A DNA stretch of 62,979 nucleotides, the filler included, from Bigelowiella natans CCMP2755 (taxonomy: Eukaryota; Protista; Cercozoa): NCBI GenBank assembly GCA_000320545.1. It is 6 parts of 6 records of this genome, joined end to end, with 100 filler letters (N's around TTAATTAATTAA, not from the genome) between each part and the next. Parts side by side here need not be neighbours in the genome. Positions count along the whole stretch, not along the records: positions 1 to 31,159 come from ADNK01000776.1; 5 more parts are not named here. One strand, written 5' to 3'. The notes below the pieces were generated by a model, which saw only the letters and a list, made by a program, of their open reading frames with translations, was not told the DNA's origin and did no database searches. A program made the translations under genes and the position numbers. This document shows, piece by piece, positions 1-13,179 of this stretch; the stretch's first letter is position 1, and each line of letters opens with the position of its first letter.

Positions 1-1328
1 CTCTTCCTCTCCCTGCTCCTTCCTCCCTTCTCTTCCTCCTCCTCCCCCTCCTCCTCTTCTTCCGTCCATGATTCCGTCAATCACCCTCTTACCTTCTTAA
101 ATTCATTTTTTTTCTCTCTCTATTCCCCCCCCCCCCCCCCCCCCCCGTGATTGTGCTGCACAGGGGCGCTGTTGTAAAATTCCATGACAATGACGACGAC
201 GACAACAATGACGATTACTACTGCTACATCTTCCATCATCGTCATCACCTTAATGAGGCCTTTCCTGGTATAACTTTGCCAAAACCGTTTATTACGTATA
301 TGGTCTTCTATCTGTAGAACAATAACATCATCGTTATCATCATCATCATCATCATTATTCACCCCATCAACACCCCCAACATGATCGCTCTCGATGGAGG
401 AGCGTAGCACAAATAATACATAGTACAAACAGGAGATTCGGCTTGATTTGAATATCTTAACGTACCAGATTCTCTGCAGTCTTTACAGCTTTTTTATTGA
501 CGGAGAAAGGGAAAGGAGGGGGGAGGAGGAGGAGGAGGAGGAAGAGGAAGAACAGGAGCAGCAGTAGTAGCGGCAAAGAAGGGTAAGAGAGGAGGAAGGA
601 GGAGACCAGGAATAGCAACAGGACAATGATTTCTGGAGAGGAGGTGGATAATGCGGTTATTTATGTTTTATGCTGCAGCAGGAGTGTTTGGTTTATTTCC
701 ATAATATCGTTCCTAGCGTAGCCATAACACAATGCTACTTACCATCTTCCACGTCTTGGGCAAGATCACTTTCAAGCTTTTCTCTGCACTCCCCGTTCCA
801 CTTGTTCTCATCCGTTCTCAGCTGTTTCTCCTGATCAAGTGAGGGGGTGAATTACTAGCCTTAGCACAGCGATAACCGTGATATACACAAGATAGAAAAC
901 GACATAAAAGGCCCAAAACGAGAGGGTCGATGATCAGATGTACCGTCATGGTAGCGATCCTGTTGTTGATATCCCTGAATAGCTTTGTTATCACCTGTAA
1001 CGATAATATGGTGAGAAGATGCCCGAAAGATAGATGCCGGTGGCTGCAACTCTTATCACAAATATCGTTGCAGTTTTGAGCGCGCATCTTTCTCTGATTA
1101 TAATACGCCCAGGAACAACCCGTAATAGATCACATCATTATAGGAAGAAAGCAGCTACGACCTGGCTCGAGTACTTGTCGCGATGCTCCTGGAGGCAAGA
1201 GGGGGGAGAGGGGGGAACAAGGGAACCAGAAACACAAAAGAAAGAGAAGAGGATGAAGAGAAGGTTTTCCAACTAAAACGACGACGACGATGACCGTGAT
1301 ACATGTACTCACGCATGATCCTTCAATA

Positions 1329-1360
<32 letters not shown>

Positions 1361-2605
1361 TGCTATAAGGGGGGTATATCTATTATAGCAAATAGACGGT
1401 AACGAGGCTGCTGCTTACTGCTGGTTTTGGTACTATTACTTACTACTGAGTACTTTGTTTTTGAAGTTGTAATGTGGCGGTTGCAGGGATACAAGGTCTT
1501 GTAAGGGCCTGCTACCATCGGTTGCTTTTGCTTTCACTAGCGTGTCATCATGCTGAGTGCTGTCGCATAAGCCAAAGCGTATCTTAGGCAAAAGCATGCC
1601 TACGACGAGAAGGAGGAAGAGGAAGAGGAGGAGGAGGAGGAGGAGGTGGTGGAGGAGGAGGAGAGCCAAAACAACGACGACGATGAGAAAAAGAAGAAGA
1701 TGGTAATGAAGAAGGGTCAAGGAATTCGAAGTTCAAGGAATAATAATTCAAGATGAAAGTTAATCATGAGAAAGGACAACTATGATCGTTATTCTGAGGC
1801 ATGACTTGCGAACAGAAAACATGGATGTAGCCAGCATTGCAAGATGCCTTGGTGAAATAGCGTATCTTCGTTTGAAAATCATGTTATTGTGTGTGTGTGT
1901 GTGTGTGTGTGAAAGACGGGAAGAAGCACCGAGATAGGGAAGCATGTTCGTCTGACGTCTCATCTTCGCCATATCCTTTTTTCGATTTTCTCCTTTGGAG
2001 TCACATGCGATGCATACATACCTGAAGAAGTAAGATGAACCGACAACTCAGAACATGTGACTGATGACAAAAAGACAATGTGTTGTTTGCAGAAACTCTT
2101 ACTTGTAATCACTCCGAGATATCTCCGACTTATCGAGGTATCGGAGCTGCAGATCGCACTCAGGATGCACCCAGCTATTATTATCATTATTATTCAAGGA
2201 GAGGTTGCATGATGTAGTCGTGAAGAGAAGGATATAAATGGTAATTATTAGATAGCATCATTCACCAGAAAGCGGCATTTAGGATAAGAGTCGGGATTCA
2301 TGATTAATCTGTGAAGAAATGTAACTACCGTTGGCAGCGAGAGCATTGCACTTCGGCTCCGATCTCAGGCCTGCCACGCACCATGCCAGGTGATGATGAT
2401 GATGATGATAATGATGACGATTATAATGATGATGATATTGTGGGTAAGTGCTAAGTATATCTGCGGTACCTTTTGCAGTAGCAATGCATCTGTTTTCGCT
2501 GCGAAAGACGATCAAGATGCCTGTTGTTGTCAAAGGATACGTGCGGATCAGTACAGTGCGACGACATAGTCGATTGTCTTCTTAAATTGAGCTTTATGTT
2601 TACAA

Positions 2606-2684
<79 letters not shown>

Positions 2685-3409
2685 GATTTTTCTAGGCATA
2701 GAGTATCTATAAATATATAATATATCATATGATGATAGACGTAAACAACCGTTGATTTTCTCTGTGCTTCTCTCTCGTACAGTGCAGTCCCCATAGCGTC
2801 TGATAATTAGTTAATGATGCTTATTGTTGCTTTTGTTGATGTTGTGGGGATGGTGAAGATTATGATGATTGAAGAACATGGATGCTACTTTAGACCAGCA
2901 AAACTTCCCTAATGCTTCTACCTTAGCTAATTTTTCTGGATAACTTAAAGAAGAAGAAGAAGGTGATGATGCTGATGAGGATGATGAAGATTCAGCCGGT
3001 CGGCTGTACGCCTGAAAGACTGAGGCAATATAATTCGATGACGCTCCACTTGCTTTGTATATCCACTCTCGCACTAAGACGGAGGAGGAGGAGGAGGAGG
3101 AGGAGGAGGAGGGGATGGGTGGATATTTAAAGGTAAGTAAGAATTTCTCCTCTCCTCAACGATTTCGTTTGGGCGGTGTCGTACGATATCATGATACTTA
3201 TTAATATTGTAATAATAATGATCATTGCAAAGGGGTAGCTGCTGGTTATTCGTTGCTGATGTGCGTTCACTCACGATCTTCGCCACAGATGTGACATCTC
3301 GCCTTGGCCTTCCATCCTACACGACGTGCAAAACCTTGAGACACATCTCTCTTCTATCATAAAATCTAGAGAGTCAAAGAGAGACGAGATGATGGGATCC
3401 AAACGCACG

Positions 3410-3453
<44 letters not shown>

Positions 3454-6400
3454 CATCCATATGCGTGCGTTCATCATATTCATATTACTCCTCCACCACG
3501 CACCTTCTCGTCCCTCTCGTCTGGTTTTGAACCAATTATCAACCCCGCCATCACTGAGGAGAAGAATGTCATACAACAGTTGTTATTGCTGTGAGCCACA
3601 ATCACTTCAAACATGGGTGATCAAGGGATTGATTGGGAGAGGTTGTAGAATGAAGGGTGATTCCCCTTTTCCTGAAAGTCGCTGCTATCGAACAGAAGGG
3701 ATTTATGATGACAGGTATCACCAACGATAATGATTAAGTGTGATCATAGATACGTCATGATAAGCAGGGGGAAAGGAAATATCATCAACAACAACTAGGT
3801 CACGAATCACCATAACGCGGCTCTTTCCATGTACTGATACAACGTCTCCAAGTCGCCATACCTTAGGGTTTCGAGGTAATACAAATGATGATGAATTTCA
3901 ACATTATCACTATCACTAGAATTATCCCCACGATCATCGTTGTTATCATTACCACCCTTATCATCATCATCATCATCATCACCATCATCATCATCGTTAG
4001 AGAAGTAGTATTCTCTTCCTACGGAAGGGGTTCTTCTGCGTCCTCAGCAGGAGTAGCGGGTGGGATGTCTACTTGCCGCTCTTTCTCTTCCTTCATCTCC
4101 TCCGCTCTTCCCGGCTGCTGCTGCTTCTGTATCCGGTTTTTTTTTTTCCCTTTCCTCTTCATCTTCTTCGTCGTCGTATTCTTCTTCTTCTTTTTCTGTG
4201 GTTGCTGATAATATCTTTTGAGAAAGAGGGACCCAGCCATCAAAGCTTCTTCTTTGGTGTCATACTCACCTGTGACAGGCAACCAGCACGAAGGGAGGGA
4301 GAGGATGGAGGTAGTATTAGATAGTAGAATACACCTACTCCTCGTGTCCCTATCCCGATTCTGCTAGGTTTTGGCTATCCTTCTATCATTTTCCACCACC
4401 ACCACCTCCTCCTCCTCCTCTCCTCGAATATTTTACCCATCAATACTACAATTTGCTGTATATCATAAAGACAACAATGAAATGTTTCCAAATCGTGGCG
4501 GGTCCTTGCTCCTCTCTTCCTTCTCCTCCTCCTTCTCTTCTTCTCCCAACCAATCAGTTCCCTCTCTCCACTGTTTTCCTCATTGCCCTTATTCTATCTC
4601 CCCCTTCCCTCTTCTCTCTGTCTCTCCTTCTCTTCTTATTGATTTTCATGCGACGACGACGATAACATAGCTAACCGAGGAAAAAGTTGATTTTGCTTCC
4701 CAAGGCGGCAGCTCGCCGTCTCGGCCTGGCGACTGTTGTTCATGAAGAAAAGAACGTATAGAGAAAGGTAAAAACAGCGATGGTGAATAGAATGAAGTCA
4801 ACCGGCCGATTTAGACAAGCATTGATGGTTGTTGATGATAACCTGTTCCTGCTCCTCCACCTCCCGCAACAGCGCCCATCTTGATGTTGAGATAAAGGGT
4901 ACTTCGTTTGTGAGAACTATTTGACACCTTAGAAGAAAGAAGAATAAGTAAGTAGGTAGCGTGTATACCAAATTTTTGTTGTTGATGCTCTTATTTGGTA
5001 GTGGTAATAGTAAGATATGTTGTAACAGAAGAGGGGGAGGAGGAGGAGGAGGAGGAGGAGGAAGAGATGGATCACGACGACTTCACACACACTGTTAGTA
5101 TCGCTATTAGTGCGCGCTACTACTGAGAGGATGTACGATGAGATTCTTCTTTTCTCAATGCATCTACTACTTTACCTTAAGCCAGTTCATAGGACCATCA
5201 TATTTAATGATGTCTTGATTGTCATCATTATCATCATCCTCCCTATCACTGTCAACATTTCCAAAGTCATTCCTATCTTCGCTGCGGCTGCGTTTTTGGT
5301 GATGAATTAGCTGTTGCTCATGATGATAGCACCAGCATTCCCTTATCTTTCTAGTAGCAATCGTCCAGCTTTTTTGTCTGTCGACTTCCCCCTTTCCGTC
5401 TTCTTCTTCTTCTTCTTCTTCTTCTTCTTCTTTTTCATCGGTAGATTTGGCGAAGATGTGCTTACTGCTAGGGCTACTACTAGCCCGGTAGTGCTGGCAC
5501 TTTTTTTTGTGGTTTGCTATTGATCGGTTGGATCTTATTGAGTAGACCTTCCCACACTCGCATTCCCACTTCCTTCTCTCTTTCTTCCGATTTTCTTCAT
5601 TTCCTTCTTCTTCTTCTCCTTCTTTAATAACCATCTTTCTTTTTGAACGGGAGGAGCCTGGAGAAGATAAGGGTGGAATGTTGTTGCTGCAGCGGCCGCT
5701 GCTACTGTTTTTGAAGCTAGGGCAATCCGATTTGTGGCGACTGATGATAACTTTAGCTTTAGTTCTATTATGATATGTTTTTCTTCTTCTACAACTGTCT
5801 ATCCACCCGCCGTCCTTCTTTTTTATGGAAAGGATTAATCTCGGTGCTTGTTCTATACTTTTTGCCTTCGTTGGAGAAGAAGCAGGAGTGGGATATCGAC
5901 GTATTTCTGGAGTATTTTTCCTCGGGATCTGAAGTCTTTTGCGTTTTTCTTTCTTCTTCTTCTTCTTCGTCTCCTCCTCCTCTTCCTCCTCCTTTTTCTT
6001 CTTCTGTGGTATCGCCTCTTTAAGTTGCTTAGAGGGTGATTGTATTGACGTTGTAGAATTAATAGACTGTTCTTCTTTATGTTCAATGGGCGGTGACGTT
6101 GTCGCCGTCGTCATCCCACCAGTTTCGGTAGTCACTTCGTTGTTGTTGTTGTTGTTGTTGTTACTGTTGTTATTCAGTGTGACAGGAATTAGTGAGGAGC
6201 TGAGAGTTGTAGTGCTGGTCCTTAAATTAGCTTTAGCGTTTCTGCCTGATTCAATGTTGGTAAAAGGGCAACTAGGGTTGATATCACTGTAATGGCGGGT
6301 AATATCGTCGCCATTGGCGTTGTCTCTGTCCTCCTTCTTCATTGTCTCCATTTGCTTTTTTTCATCATTATGATTCCCGTGTCGATCATATCTTCGCTGG

Positions 6401-7793
6401 TGACTCGAGGCGTTTAAGATATATTCGGGTATCTCCCAGGGGTCATCATTCTCATCGTGCCGCGTAAAAGGTAACATACGAGGCTCCGGAAGGCTCTGTT
6501 GCTGTTGCTGCTGAGGATGATGATACGCCGCCGCAGCTGAAACATGTTTTCGGCCTCGGGCAAAATGACTGTCAGCATGTCTATCGTGTTGTTCTCTGGG
6601 ATAATAAGAGGTAGAAGGCGAACGAGAATGTGGCCTGTGCAAGCGCTGATGGTGCTGGAACCTGTCGCTCCTTTTTTGGGAAGAATAGGTGTATTAGCAT
6701 GCGACGTAGTCTATGGACAATTGATGTGTGAAATGTGTATACGAAATATGGCTTTATATGACATGAAAAGTACGATGTAAAGAGAGATTACGATTTTACA
6801 TGTCCTAACATGAAAGGGACTTCATGGAGATGTTTTACCACAATATTACTTTACACAACTAGCAATGATATGTTCTGCTACCTATGCTTCTTATATCCAT
6901 TCTGATACCCGGTAGCCCCTTCCGACGAACGATAGTAATTATACTGTCGTGAACAGTCACTTGAAGGATGTGGTTTATGGTAACTATTCGAATAAGTTTG
7001 TACATTCCTTCTTTTTGTTTGCTGTCCAAGGCAGCGATTTTTGCTCTTATCTCCTTGTATGTAGCTACTATTTCTACTATTGGCATCATCGTAGCTCCTG
7101 AAAGCATTGGACCGGCTGTCGTCTCGGTCATTAGAACGAATTGGACGATCCCTCCTATCATTGGAATAGATAACAGAGCGGCGGCCGTTTATGTATTGTC
7201 TCTGCCCACTGTCGTTCCTTCTTTGGTAAATAGTCGTACTCGAAGAATGCCGTGTTGCCGGCAACGATTGGCGCCGAGTTTGTCTTCGCCTAACTTGCAT
7301 CCTGCCGTGACTGTGTCGGTCATTTACTGAGAATTCGTATTTGTGCTCTCTTTCCCTACTCCAATTGCTTGAACGTCTTGGGTCATGGCTGTGCCTTTCC
7401 CTCTCTATCTGCAAACTTCCAAATACGTTTGTATTTTTCCCCGAATTTGCAAAGGATTCTCTTTTCCCGCTATTCGTGTACGGTGTGACCCGACTGCCTC
7501 TCTCTTCAACACAAATCCTGGATTCCGTGCGCATGGTGCTGGTTTCGACATAACTCGGAGAATGTTCCTTAAGCATCAATCATGGGGAGAGAAACTCGTA
7601 AGTGACATTGAATAAAATTTCGATCAAGATTAGGGGGAAGAATAGGTCCGCCTCGTTGTAAGTTTTGGAAATTGTATCCTTGTACCTTCTCGTACTCGTT
7701 CGCTCTTCTCTTCCTTTTCACAACCATTCGGGGAGGGACGCGAGTTTTGCATTCGGAAGTTCGTCCATCGCTGATGCGATTCATCTGTGGCAT
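1..7793 (-). CDS. Large multi-exon nuclear protein with C2HC-type zinc finger, AP2-like motif and PHD finger (3' end runs off the window)
   Basis: GT-AG splicing links ORFs 7569-7793, 6878-7579 and 5167-6642 (WECECGKVYSIRSNRSIANHKKKC) to small exons encoding FFLANCSIDGRIGIGTRGVGEYDTKEEALMA (about 4710-4215) and a C4HC3 PHD, HCYCKRPEIGAEVQCSRCQRWVHPECDLQ...YVCIAC (about 2490-2000). Exons around 3530-3690 are unresolved. Confidence 0.7.
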
Positions 7794-8410
7794 AGTTCCT
7801 TCCCCGATCCCTATCTTAATCTATGGATCAGACCCATCAGGGTTATGTGTGCGAATCCCTGCTCGTGGGGGGAGATCACCGTTAGAAAACACGAATGGTG
7901 CTTAAACTTGATAATCGTATGTGTTGTCGTAACCTTAAAACACAAGGGATTTGTCTATTTACTTTGCAATAATCGCAAGCATATCTTCCTCCAAGCTGAA
8001 CTTCTACAACTATTTGGCTTATGGATTTGGACATAATACCTCGGAGCAACTTCTTAAGGAGAGAGGTCACAGTCTGTTGTGATTTTGCCGGCAGCTGGCT
8101 ACGGAGTTTTAGCCTTAAGACAAGGATCTACCGTTGTCGTCCAATGGAAAACCTAAACGCGGTTGACCAGTGGATCCCATATTTATTTTTAAGGAGTGGA
8201 AAATGTTCCAGGAATCCACAGATGTAGATATGTGTTGTGCAAAGATACATGGGGAAAGATCGATACGACATGTTCACAATTGCATATCGTGATATCAATT
8301 GCCAGCGATTCTGATAATCAACTTCAGTGCATTAAGACTGATTTCTTGGCGACGCAGACAATAGGTGTCAGGTCCACCTTCTTCATTCCGCATTCTGCAT
8401 CTAGCTAAGC
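7794..8410. promoter_or_regulatory. Putative bidirectional promoter (head-to-head genes)
   Basis: About 620 bp between divergent start codons, with no microsatellites. Confidence 0.45.
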
Positions 8411-11400
8411 ATGGAGACCTTGATCCCCGTGCTGAACAAGCTTCAGGATGTGTTCTCAACCATGGGGACAGCGCCTGTGGCGCTGCCACAGCTCGTAGTC
8501 GTGGGCAGTCAGAGTGCAGGGAAGAGCTCTGTGCTTGAAAATGTCGTCGGGCGGGACTTCCTACCCCGAGGCAACACGATCGTCACGAGACGTCCCCTCG
8601 TCCTAACGCTGATTAACACTAATACCTATAACCTTGATACCAAAGATGGTGATAATAAAAGTGGCAGTAAGGTTGGGAGAAGCCGGAGTGACGTGAAATT
8701 GGGCACCGGTGCTGCCGGTAGCGGGCAGGAATGGGGTGAGTTTCTGCATCAGAAAAACAGAAGATACTACGATTTCGAAGAAATCAAAGCGGAGATTCAG
8801 CGAGAGACAGATAGAGAGACGGGATCTAACAAAGGCGTATCAAGCAAGGCAATATATCTCAAGATATTCTCCCCGCGCGTCCTCTCTCTCTCCTTGGTGG
8901 ATTTGCCGGGCATCACGAAAGTTCCTGTGGGAGACCAGCCCTCAAACATTGAGCAGTTGATTAGGGAGATGAGCTTGAAGTTCATTAGAAATCCAAACTC
9001 AATCATCGTTGCGGTATCTCCTGCAAATTCAGATATTGCTAACTCCGACAGTCTGAAGCTAGCGAAGGAAGTCGATCCGTATGGAACACGAACACTAGGA
9101 GTTCTGACCAAATTAGATCTTATGGACAGAGGCACAGATGCTATGGATGTTCTTCGTGGCAAGGTCATTCCTCTTCGGTTAGGTTTCATTCCAGTCGTGA
9201 ATCGATCCCAGGCAGACATTAACCAGAAGAAACGCATCACTGATGCCCACATGGCAGAGGAACGGTTCTTCGAAACACACCCGAAGTACCGCCAAATCAA
9301 GCACAGATGCGGGACAAGACACCTGGCTACCCGCTTAAACAGCCTCCTACTCTCACACATAAAAAAAGTGTTACCGCAGTTGAAAGCGAGAATTGGAGAG
9401 GTGAACATATCTCACGAAAAATACAATATGAGACATCCACACTCTGTTTGAAGCATTAAGTCGATTGTTAGCCTCCTTTAACCCCATTTTTTCTTAAGAT
9501 TCTATCATCACTGTAAATCTATGCGTACTACCGCTAACTTACTGCTGCTGCTGCTTCCACAACTATGAAGATGATAGCGGAGACTCAGGAAATGCTTGAT
9601 TCCTATGGGGATCCGCTTACCGGCTCGGTGACGAACTATGGCTCACTTCTTTTGCAGCTCATATCAAAGTTTTGCACTAATTATTGCAACGCCCTTGGTG
9701 GGAGATCTCCAGATGTGTCTTTATCAGAGTTGTATGGAGGTGAGCGACATGATCAACCAATTTCATCAATATTGACGAATCGGATTGAAAAAAATATTCC
9801 GCAAAATGCCGGCAATCAGGTGCAAGAATCTCATACGTTTTCCACCAAGTGTTTGCCAAGGGCTTATTAAACATAGGCCCTTTTGACAGGTATTAGCATT
9901 TTTCATCGATAATCATCATAATTGATGTTGGGCGTGTTCGAATGAGAATTTTACAACCTATTCGTTCGATGTTGTTGTTGTTGTTGTTGTTGTTGACACT
10001 TAAAGACTATCGGACAGCGACATTCGCACGGCGATTAGGAATGCCACAGGACCACGTCCATCTCTTTTCGTTCCGGAGGTATCCTTTGAGCTTCTTGTGA
10101 AACGTCAAATTAAGCGGCTCGAAGGTCCCAGCCTGCAGTGTGTCGACATGGTGTTCGATGAACTAGCTAAAGTTGCTTCTCAGTGTGAGCAACTTGTGCC
10201 GCAGCTAAAACGATTTCCGACGTTAAGAGATCAATTGCTCGAGTGCGTGCACGAGTTACTGTCCTCCCAGGTTGTTCAAACCGCCTTCCTATCATGTCTC
10301 TGCAAAAATAACTATGTAATAAATAAAACACAAACGCATGTTCACTGATGATTCTAATCAGGTGAAGCCCACGAAGGAGATGATTAGCGACTTGATTTCC
10401 ATAGAACTCTCGTATGACGACGTTAATTGTGCTCTAATTTCTTATGCTGCGTGCGTGTGGGTGAGCGCCTGCTATTGCCGCAAAGTATCAGTGATTGCCA
10501 TGGTGTCAGTGGTGGTGTTTACTAGGGTACAGTTGTGAGATCTAATAACACATGCTGGATAATAATGATGTTCAGATGTGTGAGATCTAATAAGACATGT
10601 TGGATAATGATGATGTTCAGATATGTCAACACAAACCACCCGGATTTCGTCGGGGGCAGCAAAGCGATCCATAATTTCAATAAAAAAGTGCAACGTCTGA
10701 AGGTGCTTACGATCTCCCCAATGAACAATAAGCCAATCGTGTGCGTTTCAGGATCGCCGGAAACAAACACGTGCATACAACCACAAGATTTGCTCTGACA
10801 GTAGTTCTAAGGCAAGTGTTTGTTGTGCAGGCTGAAGATAAGAAACGGGATCCCAACTCAAAGGCCGACTTAGGTGATCCGCATCAGCCACAATAAATCA
10901 ACTAGCAAGATAACCATGCATTTAAACATTGTAAATTCGAACAACGAGTGCATTTGTATGATGATCCAGTATTGCTAGACAGATGGCAATACCACCCTCT
11001 CACTTCGATTTGATATAATAAAGATCATACAATCGATTTTTTTGTCTAGTATAGTAGTCTTCTCTCCCCCTTCGCTTATTTTCCATCATTGATAACAGTG
11101 TGTTTGACTTTTACATGATACCCACGTCGTGAAAAACAACTACTCTGCAGCTACCCTCCTGAGTAGGGACAAAAAGGAAAGCAAGGGTAACCATATCACA
11201 GCTTCAATCGGCGCAGCAGTCGGAGGTAATTATAAGACATCGTGCCATTCAACAAATCATAGGGAATAGATAAGCTAAATATTAACTAAATTATTATTTC
11301 CTTCCCCCCCTCTCGTCTCTATCCTCAAGAGTATTACATTCATTTTTCTGTTGATATTTGAATCGAAGTCGTAAACCAAAGTAAAGGGGTTATGCGTAAT

Positions 11401-12022
11401 TCTATAAATGTACCCTACATCAGGTATTGCGAACTCCCTAGGGTTTTCCCAGGGAGGCCCGACGCAACAACCACCAACAGAACGGTAATATCTCGCGACA
11501 ATAGACATCGGAAAGAGTCTCGCGATTTAACTTGTATGTTCTCGATGGGAAGAGAAGCGTACACACAAACGGAACGTACATACAGTGTAAACGTATTCGC
11601 ATAAAATGATTAAATTAGCCAAGGCTGCATCTATTCATACATAAACGTTTTATATTTTAGGGAACTAATTGAAACGGAGATTATCAAAACTTTGATATCG
11701 TCGTACTTCAATATCGTGAGACAGAATGTTACAGATAACGTGCCGAAGAGCATCATGTTTTTCCTCGTTAACTACACGAAAGTAAGGAATTGCTTCTACC
11801 TCCCCTTAAGGAAGAATAACCGTCTTGAGAAATCATTTAATCTATTATCAGGATCGCATTCAAAGTCAACTGGTCCGCGCGTTATACAAGGATGAACATT
11901 TTAAGAAACTTTTGTCTGAATCTTCTTCTATTTCTGAGAAGAGGGACCAGAAAACAGAACTTTTGGCGGTGTTAAGAAAATCACTCGACATCGTCAATGA
12001 AGTTCGTGATTTTGCAATTTAA
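8411..12022 (+). CDS. DRP1: Dynamin-related GTPase (Dnm1/DRP1/Vps1 class), multi-exon
   Basis: G1 [19 protein letters not shown] and TKLD motifs; middle domain with YVNTNHPDF; [22 protein letters not shown]...VNEVRDFAI*; no PH or PRD domain. The subfamily is not certain. Confidence 0.93.
10534..10621 (+). repeat. Tandem duplication with 45-bp period spanning an intron 3' end
   Basis: tgtgagatctaataacacatgctggataataatgatgttcaga followed by tgtgagatctaataagacatgttggataatgatgatgttcaga. Confidence 0.85.
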
Positions 12023-12089
12023 TTCTTTTCTATGAAATTTGCTTGTCAATTGTGTTCTAGATTCCATTGAATTAGCTGGATTCATTCCA

Positions 12090-12960
12090 TACAATACTGC
12101 GTGGTGGCCTGCTGCATGCGCGCACACGCTGGGCATGCGATGCACTGCAAGCGCATGACAATCCCTTACTCTGTCTGCTAGCTACGCTGTTCGGATCACA
12201 ATTCTTTGCAACTGCATTCAGTGATCTATGGATCAGTAGACTCGCTCAGTCAACACGTTGGCGCTTGCTAGCGTGTCCGCTGCGACGCGCTGCGCATTGG
12301 TTCTGTTGCGCTGCTTGGATGACTAGTTTGCGACGATGCGATGCGCCCTTGCTTGGCAGACGGGGTGTCGCAGTGCGTGCTAGCGCAGCGACAATGGACG
12401 TGGAACTGAGCTGCCGTGCCGTGAACATCTAGACGTACTGGCGTGCTGTAGCTAGCGTGGTGTGATGAGCAAAAATCACCAATGCTAGAATGGCAGCTTT
12501 CTCTGTTTTGAAGCGCTAGCCAGACGACCTGCCTGCATGCATGCTTGTCAGTGTTGCAACAAGACGATCGGGAATCGCTGCTCGTGCTGATCGGTCTTGA
12601 TTGATTGATTGATTGATTCGAGGTCATTTGGAAACTCCAACAAAATTCACACTCAGGCTCCCAGCAAGCTCGACCAATTGAGCTCGACGCGTCTCAAACA
12701 GCCAACCACAGAAAGGAGGAGCATTGCGCAATGAAACAATGAAACAATGATGAAAAACTACATTTCCAAAGTGTTGCAAGACACTTGCAGTGTGCAAAAT
12801 GCAGTGCCTCGAACTGGTTTCAGTGAGGACTGTGACTAGCAAATCAACTAGCTGGTTTGCCAAAATGGCATGACTTGGTCATTGAGAAGCAATGACACTA
12901 GCAGCAAAATTCTGACGGCGCAACCTCATTGCAGCCTGCTGTCTTCAAGAAGCTCGGTCC
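12090..12960. other. TpA-depleted, CTAG-retaining intergenic spacer (possibly a mutated repeat relic)
   Basis: Hand count for 12241-12960: 13 TpA, 10 of them in CTAG. Confidence 0.7.
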
Positions 12961-13179
12961 GGGTTTGAATCATGGAATGAATTTTAGCATTGATTCGGCT
13001 GGATGTGATATTTCCTTTCTGAGACGACTCTTTACTTATATTTTCATTTCAAAGGAAGAATGGCTATAGTCGTGCATACGATATTTCCCGGTATATAAAT
13101 TTCCTAGAATATCTCATGGCGGCGGTGGCAATGCCGCCTGCACCTTGCTACCCAGTTTGAGGTTTGCGAAGGAGCCTAA

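Noticed and set aside
1810-1950. NMLPYLDTLFHQGILQCWLH resembles a USP Cys box
   Set aside because: There is no catalytic Cys and no downstream USP motif is visible; too weak to call.
8797-9408. 203-aa antisense ORF; likewise 32888-33421 and 55801-56478
   Set aside because: Shadows of real coding exons or of repeat DNA, with no domain signal.
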